A stretch of DNA of 63,535 bases, the filler included, from Octopus bimaculoides (Eukaryota), in the NCBI RefSeq assembly GCF_001194135.2. It is 7 parts of 6 records of this genome, joined end to end, with 100 filler letters (N's around TTAATTAATTAA, not from the genome) between each part and the next. Parts side by side here need not be neighbours in the genome. Positions count along the whole stretch, not along the records: positions 1 to 17,098 come from NC_068981.1; positions 17,199 to 35,678 come from NC_068983.1; 5 more parts are not named here. The stretch is one strand, 5' to 3'. Under the pieces are notes generated by a model. That model saw only the letters and a list, made by a program, of their open reading frames with translations. It was not told where the DNA came from and did no database searches. Each line of letters begins with the position of its first letter. The stretch's first letter is position 1. The translations under genes were made by a program, and so were the position numbers. This document shows, piece by piece, positions 9,601-21,320 of the stretch.

Positions 9601-12135
9601 TCCATCACACTAGAGAATAAGTCGGTCATAAACTTATCTAAACTAAAACTTCCACCAGACGATATCTCTGTCTTAGAGCTTGGACTGAGTTTCTGCCCAA
9701 ACACTAAGAATTTCGACAAAAATAAACTAGCTCAAGGGTTATTTCAGTCTGTCCGCCGTCACAAGCTGAAGGAATATTGTTTTGAAAAAATTATAACAAG
9801 GAGTCAGAAAACCCCATTCTTTATTGGAAATAAGAATGATGACCGAATCTGGCATGATTGGATTGAAAAAAATACTAGTTGGCATCTACATGAAGTTCGG
9901 GATGGACGTTCATAAGTACTACCGGAATTTCTTGAATCTTGTCAGAGAAAGCTTTAAAAGAAGTGGGAAGAAGTCCTGAAATAACCTCACAAATTCCCAG
10001 CGTTACGCACTCCGTCGTCTAGCTAATAATGATTTTATTGTTATTGAAATGCCAGATAGGGGAGGCGATATTGTAATTATGGACAAATGTGAGTGTATTT
10101 CGGCTTGTGAAGAAGTTTTAATTGACAAAACTTCATATGAAGAATTACCTGTCGTTCCAAACCTCAATTACAGAAAAAAACTTGACAAAATAATTCTGGA
10201 AATGGAGGAAAACAATTTCATAAATAAAGCTGAATCCACGATTTTACAGTCAGAAAAAGAACACATGTATGTTATAGTCTCCCCAAAATACACAAAAAAT
10301 TTGAAAATTTTCCTCCAACGCGCCCAATTTGTAGTGGATATGAGTGCTGTACAGTCAAAATTTAGGAGTGGCTGGATGATTTTCTATTCCCTGTCGCAAA
10401 AAAAAAAAAATCAAGTTCCTATATTCGGGATATTTTTGATTTTGTGACTAAAATCAACAACTTTTCTAAGCACCGAAGCAATGTCAAAAACTGTTGTTTG
10501 GTAATCGTGGATGTTTCTTCTCTATATCCCAATATTGATCATGATGAAGGGGTAGAAACATGCATGAATGCCTTCGAAAAACGGTCAAACAAAAGTATTC
10601 CATCTAATTTTCTCAGTAGGTTATTGAGGTTTGTGTTACAAAATAACACAATGGAGTTTGGGCAAACATTTTACCACCAGATGAGGGATTGCACCATGGC
10701 AGTTAATTTCGCTAATATCTTCATGACGAAATTCGAGACACAGTTACTGAAGGTATTTAAAATCCCTACATGTTCATGGACCAATGCCCTGATTATGGTT
10801 CATTGATGACGTCTTTTTTGTCTGGGAAAGATAACTGGATATTAATTGACTTCTTGCATTTCTGTGATTGTTATGCTAAAAACTATGACTTTAAGTTCAA
10901 CATAAAAATTACGTCTAGTTTTTCAAAAACTAGCGTTGAGATTTTGGACGCAAAAGTTAGCCCACATTTACCTCCACCGCCGCTCCGATCAGCCACATAA
11001 TTCGGTCAAATCCGAAATCCCAAATATTAAGAATAAAACGGATTTATACTGATATAAGGGTCTACTGGAAACATACAAATGCTTTTGTACACCATTATAT
11101 CAAACGCGGTTACAGTGAATCACGATTTAAAATGACATAGCTAAGATTAGCAAGGAAAGTCAAACTTCCAGGTATAATTTTAGCAAACAAAGTAAAATAT
11201 GTGATAGAGTTCCTTTAGTGATCAACTGGCACCGAAATTTCAAATTTGTTACATCAAAGTTACCAGCATGTTGCAGAAAAATATCCACGTTCCAAACAAG
11301 TATTCCTTCAGTCGACTATTGTAACCTTTAGACAGAATGAAACTATTAACCTCTACTTTTGGCTCCAAGAAAACTAACATTGAAGTTTCTGCACGCTGTA
11401 CCTTGAAAAACAGCCGCAAAAGAGGTAAGCCCTGTTCATTGTGCAACATGAATCAAGTCGATTCCATCAGGAATCATAGCAGAAATGTTAGGGTTTATGC
11501 GGAAGATGAGACGAGTAGAAATTTCCATTTAGTATACGCAGCAGAGTGCACTTGATTTATGTTAGTTGTACAACAGAACAATTAAACAAAAAATTCTATA
11601 GGCACAGGTATGACGTCAGGCACAATAGCAATAGTTCAACAGAACTCACCGAACATTTTACATCAAATGGCTGCAATTTTGAAAAAGACTTGATAGTGCA
11701 TATTCTCAGAAAATATTCTGAATCGACCACACTTTCAGTCCTCAAAATGCACGAGGAGAAATATGTTAGTGAGTTATTAACATCATACCCTGAAGGAATG
11801 AACAAAATGGCAAGGGAATTTCATCATATTTACACAAAACTGCTTGATTACATATTCTTTTTCCTTTTTCCTTTTTCTTTTCTTTCTTCTTTTATCTTTT
11901 TCTTTCTTTTTCTTTTCGCCAGTTGAAAATTGAAGACTGATAATGTCATTCCGTCAAAGTGGAAACGGAGGATCTTTTCGTTTAAACTTTTGAACTTGAA
12001 TTTCTATAATTTTGTATTTCTATGTATCACCTTCCATTTTGAACTCAATAAAGAAGCTGTCGAAATATCGTTTAAACCAATAAAATAGCTGTTGTAATCG
12101 CATCGCGCTCTTTGTATTGTCTAATAATAATAATC
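9601..12135 (+). mobile_element. 5'-truncated PLE of Neptune-like type (RT + GIY-YIG), pseudogenised
   Basis: SVINLSKLKLPPDDISVLELGLSFCPN; MPDRGGDIVIMD; LVIVDVSSLYPNIDHDEG; LWFIDDVFFVW (about 10795-10825); KPCSLC; HLVYAAECT/IYVSCTTEQLNKKFYRHRYD; HEEKYVSELLTSYPEGMN. Confidence 0.92.
11931..11980 (+). ncRNA. Degenerate hammerhead motif in the PLE 3' region
   Basis: GAAGA-CTGATAA-TGTCATTCCGTCAAAGTG-GAAAC-GGAG-GATC-TTTTC. Stem I GAAGA/TTTTC is intact; the G8 position is mutated. Confidence 0.45.
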
Positions 12136-12149
12136 CTTTCAACTATAGA

Positions 12150-12265
12150 CGCAAGGCATGAAATTTTGGGGAGAGAAATAGACGATTACATCGACCGCAG
12201 TACTCAACTGGTACTTATTTTATCGACCCCGAAATGACGAAAGACAAAGTCGACCTCGGCGGTAT
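12150..12265 (-). mobile_element. SINE family A fragment
   Basis: GCAAGGCATGAAATTTTGGGG...GGTACTTATTTTATCGACCCCGAAATGACGAAAGACAAAGTCGACCTCGGCGG. Confidence 0.8.
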
Positions 12266-13454
12266 TTTGTAGTAATTGCTCCGGCGGTTGTATTTTAACC
12301 ACGTTATCATTTATTTGCATCATTTTACTATATTTCATAAAATCACACTTATTCGTCGAAAGCAGCCGGGTTCCACCCCCAGCTGCCAACGCAAAACTTT
12401 CTTTTTTCTTTTTTTGGTTGTTCAGTTTGGATGCTAGGTGCATTAATTATTCTTTTGGACACAATACTTTTGTTTTTTGACAGACTCGGGTATTCTTCTA
12501 GTGGAAGTTCTGATGAGCTTTCAGACACATCTCCAAATAACTCATACATTTTGTTATTCTTTTTTGCAACGGGGAAATCCATTATTTCTTTGCACGTAGC
12601 TGGCTCCTCGCCAGACAACATGCAATTCTTCGCTTCGACAGGAAAAACAAACATCTCTGTTCCAACTGTAGGCCTCTCGCTAGACGACATTCTTTCCCCC
12701 AACGGGGGAATGAACAACGCATGCTTTCTACAAGCACTTAGTGTTTTCAAATGAAAACTCCAACAGTTACGAAATTCAACAATTTAACAAGAAACAGCAG
12801 TTATTAGAAACAGCAGTTATTATCAATAATAACACTAAGAAACAGCAATTTTCACCACGAACACATGTGCGACGCGTAATAAACAAAACTCACAGAGACG
12901 AAATNNNNNNNNNNNNNNNNNNNNNNNNNNNNNNNNNNNNNNNNNNNNNNNNNNNNNNNNNNNNNNNNNNNNNNNNNNNNNNNNNNNNNNNNNNNNNNNN
13001 NNNNNNNNNNNNNNNNNNNNNNNNNNNNNNNNNNNNNNNNNNNNNNNNNNNNNNNNNNNNNNNNNNNNNNNNNNNNNNNNNNNNNNNNNNNNNNNNNNNN
13101 NNNNNNNNNNNNNNNNNNNNNNNNNNNNNNNNNNNNNNNNNNNNNNNNNNNNNNNNNNNNNNNNNNNNNNNNNNNNNNNNNNNNNNNNNNNNNNNNNNNN
13201 NNNNNNNNNNNNNNNNNNNNNNNNNNNNNNNNNNNNNNNNNNNNNNNNNNNNNNNNNNNNNNNNNNNNNNNNNNNNNNNNNNNNNNNNNNNNNNNNNNNN
13301 NNNNNNNNNNNNNNNNNNNNNNNNNNNNNNNNNNNNNNNNNNNNNNNNNNNNNNNNNNNNNNNNNNNNNNNNNNNNNNNNNNNNNNNNNNNNNNNNNNNN
13401 NNNNNNNNNNNNNNNNNNNNNNNNNNNNNNNNNNNNNNNNNNNNNNNNNNNNNT

Positions 13455-13504
13455 TTTAATTCTTTGAACAATATTTCGACAGAAATATTGTTCAAAGAAT
13501 TAAA
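13455..13504. repeat. Perfect 23-bp inverted repeat with a 4-nt loop
   Basis: TTTAATTCTTTGAACAATATTTC-GACA-GAAATATTGTTCAAAGAATTAAA. Confidence 0.9.
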
Positions 13505-13550
13505 CATATATTCAATCGAATCGCACTCTTCGTCTTGACTAATAATAATG

Positions 13551-13620
<70 letters not shown>

Positions 13621-13622
<2 letters not shown>

Positions 13623-14093
13623 GCCCTGTTGCAGTCCCATACCTTTTGATCTTAACTCATTGATAGTGTTAACATGTACATTGTTTTGTTTTGGTATCAA
13701 AAAAATACACGAAAAAAAGAAAAGATGGATTACAGCAAATATTCTGCTCAATACCTCAGATTTGATTGTCAGTTGCTTGACCGTAACCAGCTGAGTATAT
13801 ACGTTAGTGGCTAACGATAGGTGTATCTCTGATTACGAGAAGTAGGTGGGGAGTATCATAGCCATGTGTTGAGAGGAATTCTTTGGGGTTTGAATTGTTC
13901 ATCATCCTTAAACAACCCTTATTCAGGGACCTGCGCTGTTTATCTTGATATTAGGTCATTATGTCGCGCACATATGGTTGTGGTGTATGTGCCTGGTGTA
14001 CCCTTATCAGACGGGTAGTCATGATGGGTGTATTGAGCTTCTTATATTATTTACCCCAGTGTAACTTTGATGGCATGTGCTACTCTCTCGCTC

Positions 14094-14094
<1 letters not shown>
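13621..14094 (+). mobile_element. Interspersed repeat inside a (TAA)n tract, probably a non-LTR 3' UTR or derived SINE
   Basis: Non-coding 470-bp segment with (TAA)n at 13540-13620 on the left and CTCTCGCTC-AATAATAAT... on the right. Confidence 0.55.
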
Positions 14095-14148
<54 letters not shown>

Positions 14149-14149
14149 G

Positions 14150-14750
14150 TTTCAAATTTTGACACACTTTTATCACCCACAAAGTATTTTCCATTTGAAG
14201 CAATGCATCGATCCAGACGCGTTTTCCACTGTACAGAGCAGTCCTGGAACTCTTGTGAAGTGATGCTTTTTAACGCCTCTGTCGTTTTTACCTTCACCAG
14301 TTCCACATCTGCAAATTCCGTGGCACCAGATTTCGTTATCAGTGATGCCCTTCGAAAAAACATCCAGATCAGTTTCCAGCTTTTCTTTCAGTTCACGACA
14401 CGCATTCAGTCGTGACTGCTTTTCATCTTCCATGAGCAAGCAAGGCAAAAATTTGGCTGCAACTCTTTTCATTCACAATCCCACGCTCAAAATTCGTCGG
14501 CAGGAACTTCAGGACACGCCAGTCATATGAAGTTTCGTCAGTTGTTCAGTGACGGTCCTCCAAAATCAGTTCATGAATTTTTATGTTTACATTTGATCGG
14601 GAGATTGACGGTGGCCCTGAACGAAGTTGGTTCTCAAGTGACAAGTGACCATTTCTGAAGCTTGAAAACCACTCGTAAACTTGTGCTTCGCTCATGGCAG
14701 CGGCCTTATAAGCAGTACGATTGCACCCGACGACTCACAAGCGGTGGAAT
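14150..14750 (-). mobile_element. Internally deleted mariner transposase pseudogene
   Basis: VYEWFSSFRNGHLSLE...; MKRVAAKFLPCLLMEDEKQSRLNACRELK...ITDNEIWCHG, joined directly to the C-terminal FADVELVKVKTTEALKSITSQEFQDCSVQWKTRLDRCIASNGKYFVGD. The middle of the catalytic domain is missing. Confidence 0.9.
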
Positions 14751-14917
14751 ACAAAGACAAATATAAAGGCACATACACATAGATATTTACATACGTACAC
14801 ATACGCACATGCGCGCTTTCATGGCCTTTTTTCAGTTTCCAGTCACATATGTTGGGTGTAATACGATTTATTTTTGCATTTTGCCTGGTGTGCTAACTAT
14901 TCTGCCAAACCGCAGCC

Positions 14918-15019
<102 letters not shown>

Positions 15020-15035
15020 CATATATATACATATA

Positions 15036-15635
15036 CGACGGGCTTCTTCCAGTTTCCGTCTACCAAATCCTTTGGTCGGCCCGAGGCTATAGTAGAAGAC
15101 ACTTGCCCAAAGTGCCACGCAGTGGGACTAAACGCTGGACCATATGTGGTTGGTAAACAAGCTACTTACCACACAGCCACTCCTGCGCCTATAGATGGTT
15201 ATATTTTGCCATTTAAACTCACGGATTATGCCGTTAGTCTTCACTTTAGCTTTATTTTTAATATTTTAGTTGCTTCGTTAATGTTCTTTTGTCACACATT
15301 AATTACGTGAACGCTTCAACAATCCTCTAGCTCACATGTCTCGCTGGCACGTTGCACAGAGAATCGCTACCCTAGTTGTATGAGTGCATCACAAGGGAAA
15401 CTCAAGCCGGAATTCAAAATATGTGTGTGTGTGTGTGTGTATGTGTGTACATATCTCTGTGCGTGTGTGTCTTCCTGTTGATGTATGAACCTCATTGCTT
15501 GTCAGCCAGTATCGGTTTCCCTAATAAGTATATCTTAAAATGATTAAAAAGTAATGGGCTCGACTTGTTCGACTAAAACCTTTCAAGTAAATGCCCCACC
15601 GTGGCCACTCTCTAATGATAGAAACTAATGAAAGA
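15036..15635. mobile_element. SINE family B head (-, 15036-15185) and separate tail (+, 15420-15635)
   Basis: CGACGGGCTTCTTCCAGTTTCCGTCTACCAAATCC...AGTAGAAGACACTTGCCCAA; tail GGGCTCGACTTGTTCGACTAAAACC...GTGGCCAC. Confidence 0.75.
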
Positions 15636-15784
15636 AAACAGGAAAGAAGAAAGACTACCGGTATGTTTTTAGTTTTAGACGAGAAATGTTTCCATTAGAT
15701 AAAGTAAAATAAACCGTATTACACTCAACTCTAACTAATTTCATACCGGACACTGTCCATAGTCAAGACTAAAGAATGCCAGGA

Positions 15785-15817
<33 letters not shown>

Positions 15818-16004
15818 CGAATTGTCAAGATTGGAATATCTGTGTTTAACCATCGTCTGTTTACTTCGGGTCTGACTGGGGTTAAAAATATAATATTAAT
15901 TCGACATAAGAATGATTGGTTTCAAATTTTGATACAAATCAGCAATTTCGGGTGAGAGGGTAAATCGATTACATCGACACTAGTGCTCAGCTGCATGGAC
16001 GAAG

Positions 16005-16225
16005 TTTCAACAATATGGATGAGGTTGAAAAACACTGCTGTGAGCTTTTTGCCTCTAAAATCACCCAAACGGTACAAGTGTGATACTGAGCTTCTCGTAC
16101 AACGATGGTAACAGACAGTAGAATATATTGAGATATATTTTGAAGATTAGTTGTTTTTCGTATGTAATTTGTTTTTAGTATCAGTTAGAGCTTGAAATAC
16201 GAGAAAATTTTTCAACCTATCTGGT
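16005..16225 (+). mobile_element. Mariner transposase C-terminus and right end
   Basis: GRSFNNMDEVEKHCCELFASKSP...QRW*QTVE...YFED* followed by an AT-rich end. Confidence 0.65.
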
Positions 16226-16824
16226 ATTTGATGCCATCGTCGTTTTCATCCTTCTCTTACTACAATCACCGATTATCTTCACTATAACCAGCATCACAAT
16301 TAACACCTGTCTGTTTATTTCGTTCTTACTGAGATTGGGCGCGTCTTCTCCAGTTTTGTCTATTATGTAATATATACTGATTATTTTAAAAATTTAATTT
16401 TTGTCTTTTATTATTTGTTCATAGCACGAAGGCGGTGTATTCGCGGGATTGTTGGAGAAGTGGAAAAACTGCCTTGCTGTATCTCTTTACAACCTGAGTT
16501 CAAACGCTACTGACGTCAACCTGGCTAATTCATCATTTCAGGGTTGATAAAGTAAAGTACCAGTCAAGTACTGAGTTCAACGGTAGAAAGTAACAGTAAC
16601 TTGTACTGTAAGTAAAAATAAATTTTTGCTTATGACAATCATCGACTATCGAACACCAAAGAGATGAAATACAAAGGGAACGTCGACGCGATTTGAACCC
16701 AGAACGTAGAGAACCAGTACAAATGTCGCCTCGCATGCTATCGGACGCTCTAATGACTCCGCCAAATATACACGTACACGCAAATACCCCCCCCCCTCCA
16801 CACACACACAGAGTTCTTGTATTT

Positions 16825-17040
16825 TTTATTCTTGTTTATTTGTTTCAGTTATTTGACTGCGGCCAAGCTGGAGCACCACCTTTAGTCGAACAAACCGACC
16901 CCAGGACTTATTCTTTGTAAGCCTAATACTTATTCTATCGGTCTTTTTTGCCGAACCGCTAAGTTACAGGGACGTAAACACACCAACATCAGTTGTCAAG
17001 CGATGGTGGGGGAACAAACACACACACACACACACACACA
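16825..17040 (-). mobile_element. SINE family B tail with (CA)n
   Basis: TTGTTTCAGTTATTTGACTGCGGCCAAGCTGGAGCACC...GCCGAACCGCTAAGTTACAGGGACGTAAACACACC. Confidence 0.85.
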
Positions 17041-18824
17041 AAATCGCCCAATTTCCCAAACCAACGGCGGCAAAAACATAACCTCTTTGGCGGGGTTTNN
17101 NNNNNNNNNNNNNNNNNNNNNNNNNNNNNNNNNNNNNNNNNNTTAATTAATTAANNNNNNNNNNNNNNNNNNNNNNNNNNNNNNNNNNNNNNNNNNNNTA
17201 TATATATATATATACACACATATATATAAACGAACAAAATAAACAGAATGGGTGGTTATATATGTGCTGCTAGTGTAGCATTAAAATGAACGCTAAATAT
17301 ATTTCCCATAAAGCAACGGTATTCTCAAACTCATTAAAGTTCAATTAATATTTATCCTCACTTAAACGTAGATATTCTGTTAGAACAAACTATACTGTGG
17401 TAGATACCACGAGAGAAACTCTCATATTGACTTTTAGTACAAAATATACTCGCATTTTGCACCAAATGCTCTCACAGGCCCTTAGTCTGTGAGATCGACG
17501 TGGTTAATCGGTTAATATTCTTAAATAGTTCTGTAGAAAAAAAGAAAGAAAGAAAGAAAGAACAGAAAAAGTTCTGGTGTTTAACGCGTTGCATAGAGGA
17601 GAAGTAAGCGCAATATAGGCGAAAAGAGGTGGGACGAAAGTAGTGTGTCAAAAGTGACTGAATGTAGAGATCACGTAAAAGTAATTTTCAAAGAGTAAAG
17701 ACCAGTGTGGTAGCAATAAAAGAGGCAGAGATATGAGAAAGCATATCTGGGAACTAGAGCTTGAAGTTTGATAGTGATGATAAACAGTAACAACAATAGC
17801 AACATACCAGAATCAACCAGCGAGGGTATCTTATACAAGGGTTGCCTAGCATGTTAGAAATAGCAACCAAATCTCCCTCAAATCACCCCTACTATTTTGA
17901 ATGAGAAAATTTCACATTAGATAATCTCATGGTCACCCTATTACCTATTAACTTGAAATAACAGCTGAATGCCCCTTAAATTATATCGTACCCTCTTAAA
18001 CAAGGAACGTCGCATTAGTTAAGATGAACTCGGGCGAGTTTGCCAGGAGCGGGTGAAATTAATTCCGCCCCGGATTTCGCCGAGTTACTGGTCTAACAAA
18101 TAAAGTGTCGATAGTGAGTAAAATTTGCTGGAGGGTGCTAGCGGGTCGAGGAGTAGGAGTAAGTTTGGTAGGGCTCACTATCGTTACAAGGAATTAGTTT
18201 TTCAGTTTAATATTGCGGAGAGACGCTTTAAAACCAGCACTTGATTTCAATGCATCCTACCACTGCAACATTATCTAGCAATATTTCTAATGTCGTTGAT
18301 TCTACTGCCGACTTTCGAAGTGCAGATTTTCCTAGTGTGAATTGTCTCGGCTCCGGAATAAATTTTCGAGTTGCTCAACTCTGTCTTTTAAAGGGAAATT
18401 GCTTGCACTATAATGTATATAAATATACAATCACAACTTCACGTTCCCACCGGGATCTAGATTGGGGGTACGATTGACTTCAAGCGATGTTACCTTGCTC
18501 ACCTGAGTTATTCCTCAAATAGAGCTTCTACAGAATCTACACCCTTAACTACCTACATACACCGCCTCAAGACCCGGGGCGCATCTTATACATTGTCTTG
18601 GTCTATAATTTCCCCTCCTCCACAATGCAAATCATCACATCTGTAAATTATGTTGTCGAGAATAGCTTACTATATTATGCCAAATCAACTCTCTGACGTA
18701 ATCTTTGGAAAGTATAAGAATGTTAAGACAGAAAAACGGTAGAAAGGGAGAAAGAAAAATGGAAACAAATAGAAAGAGAAAGTAATATGGGAGACAGAAA
18801 GAGTAGGAAAAGGAAACAGTTGGA

Positions 18825-19285
18825 GCAGGCGTGGTTCTGTGGCAAGAAGTTTGCATCCCAACCACATGGTTCCAGGTTCAGTCCCACTGCATGATATCTT
18901 GGGGATGTGTCTTCTACTATAGCCTCGGACCGACCAACGCTTTGTGAGTGGATTTGGTAGACGGAAACTAAAAGAAGCCTGTTGTATGTACACACACACA
19001 CGCGTGAAACTCTGAGTAACAGTTTTTGCGATATTTTTACTGCTTTTTAATAAAGTAAAAATATATATACATTTGCATGTGTGTGTCCCTCACCACCGCT
19101 TAGTAACCGATGTTGGTCTGTTTATGTACCTTTAACTTAGCAGTCTGGCAAAAGAGAACGCTAGAATAAGTATCAAGTTTAAAAATAAAAATTAGTACTG
19201 GGGTCGATTCATTCGACTAAAATTCTTCAGGAGGGTGCCCCAGCATGGCCGCAGTCTTATGACTTAAGCAAGTAAAAGATAAAGT
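18825..19285 (+). mobile_element. Full composite SINE family B
   Basis: Head GGCGTGGTTCTGTGGCAAGAAG...GGTTCAGTCCC...GTGTCTTCTACTATAGCC, internal microsatellite with an extra insert, tail ending GCAAGTAAAAGATAAAG. Confidence 0.85.
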
Positions 19286-20963
19286 ATAAAAGTGAGAGTG
19301 AAATAGAAGGGCAGAAGAAGATGGGAAGGAGAGAAACTTGAAAGAGAGAGAGAGAGAGGGAGGGATATATANNNNNNNNNNNNNNNNNNNNNNNNNNNNN
19401 NNNNNNNNNNNNNNNNNNNNNNNNNNNNNNNNNNNNNNNNNNNNNNNNNNNNNNNNNNNNNNNNNNNNNNNNNNNNNNNNNNNNNNNNNNNNNNNNNNNN
19501 NNNNNNNNNNNNNNNNNNNNNNNNNNNNNNNNNNNNNNNNNNNNNNNNNNNNNNNNNNNNNNNNNNNNNNNNNNNNNNNNNNNNNNNNNNNNNNNNNNNN
19601 NNNNNNNNNNNNNNNNNNNNNNNNNNNNNNNNNNNNNNNNNNNNNNNNNNNNNNNNNNNNNNNNNNNNNNNNNNNNNNNNNNNNNNNNNNNNNNNNNNNN
19701 NNNNNNNNNNNNNNNNNNNNNNNNNNNNNNNNNNNNNNNNNNNNNNNNNNNNNNNNNNGGAAGAGAAGAAATCGTGTGATGGAGGGAGTAGGAGAAATAC
19801 TGAAAGAAATAATGAGAGAGGAAAGGGTAGGTATGTGGTGGTGGTGACAGCGGTGTTAGGTGAAGAAAAGTTTTACATTTTTTATATCTTAGAATATTTT
19901 TTTATTGTTGTTGGTGGTGCTTTTATAATTATTATCATTATTATTTTTATTATTCTTTTTGTCCTGTCATGCACTTTGACCTTCATTGTTTTTCTTTTCT
20001 CTTTTCTTTTTATTTTATGATCGTTGCTTCGTTCCTTGAAAATTTCATAATCCTGAGTCGGTGGTGGTGGTGGAGGTGGTGGTGGTGATGGTGATGGTGT
20101 AGGGAGAATGTGTTTATGTGTGTGTAATGGGGGTAAGCAAGGGGGTGGGAAGCGATAGTTCTCGAACAATTCATACAACCAGCAGAGGTCGTCTGTCACT
20201 TTACTAACCGACAAACATTAACCGGAAACAAAAGAATATCTTAACCGGGAAGTATTTGCGGCTCAAAAGTGAAAGAAGAAAAGAGGTTGTAGAGTTTCCC
20301 AAACGAAATGTGTGTGTGTGTGTGTGTGTGTGAAAGGGAGGGTTGATAGCGAAGTCAATTTGAAGTTGTTGTGGAGTAGATCGGTGTTTTACCGCAGAGA
20401 TATGTTACGGATGTCTGCTGTAAAAAATGAACAAATAATGATAATAATCATTCTTACTAACTTTTGTACAAAGCCAGCAATTTTGACGAAGGTGACAAGT
20501 CGATAACATCGACTCCGATACTTGACTGACATTTTATTTTTTCGGATCAGGGCTTGGAAACGAAAAAGGGCAAAGTTAACTTCGGCAGAATTTGAACTCA
20601 GAACGTAAAAACTAGGAAGAAATGTCGCTAAGCGTTTTGTCCGATGTACCAATGGCTCTGCCAGCTCGCCACCTTACCCTAGGTACATAATGGTTTTAAA
20701 TTTTGGCACAAAGCTAGCAATTTCTGGGGGTGGGTGGCTGAGTCGATTACGTCGACCTCTGTATTCAACTGATACTTATTCTATCGATCCCGAAAAGATG
20801 AAAAGGCAAAGTCGACCTCGACGGCATTTGAACCACAACATAAAGATGGACAAAATGCCGCTTAGCATTTTGATCGGCGTGCTAAGGATTCTGCCAGCTC
20901 GCCATCTTAACCAAAGTACATAATGCAAGCTAGTTTGCCCGTCGCTGTTGGTGCTCGTTACAG

Positions 20964-21103
20964 AAAAGGAGAGAGAATAATGTAATTAGTGTTTCGCATG
21001 CTTGCAGTACCGAGTCCAGTTTCTTCCATGGAGGAATTAGCTTGGAGAATTACTGCCCTCTCTGCCTCCATCCGCGCCACCTCCTTGAACTGACATGTCC
21101 TAG
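20964..21103 (+). CDS. Candidate isolated coding exon of unknown product
   Basis: Non-repetitive, GC-balanced island. TTACAG (or TTGCAG at 21007) acceptor and AG|GTACAT donor. Open frame KRRENNVISVSHACSTESSFFHGGISLENYCPLCLHPRHLLELTCP. No family recognised. Confidence 0.25.
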
Positions 21104-21114
21104 GTACATTTACA

Positions 21115-21320
21115 TGAATGGTTCTCAACCAGGGCCCATATAAAAATTTTGGGTTCCAGGCAACAAAAGAGTAAATTGGGTATTCACAAAAATATTTTAA
21201 GAGCCCCTGAAAATTTTTACTTCAGATGTATGTATTGGTATATATTGCAAGAAACAGCTAGGTTTCTTTCTTTAACATTTTACATAGTTTAACCTACACA
21301 AGTTAATGTGTTAAAAACTA
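21115..21320 (+). mobile_element. Left part of a hAT (Charlie-like) non-autonomous element
   Basis: ATGGTTCTCAACCAGGGCCC resembles the CAGTGGTTCTCAACC TIR class. Interrupted by a SINE. Confidence 0.55.

Noticed and set aside
17143-17154. TTAATTAATTAA recurring six times (17143, 35723, 50439, 56020, 57987, 60628)
   Set aside because: It always sits in the centre of an approximately 100-bp N run and has stops in all six frames. This is a scaffolding gap marker, not biology.
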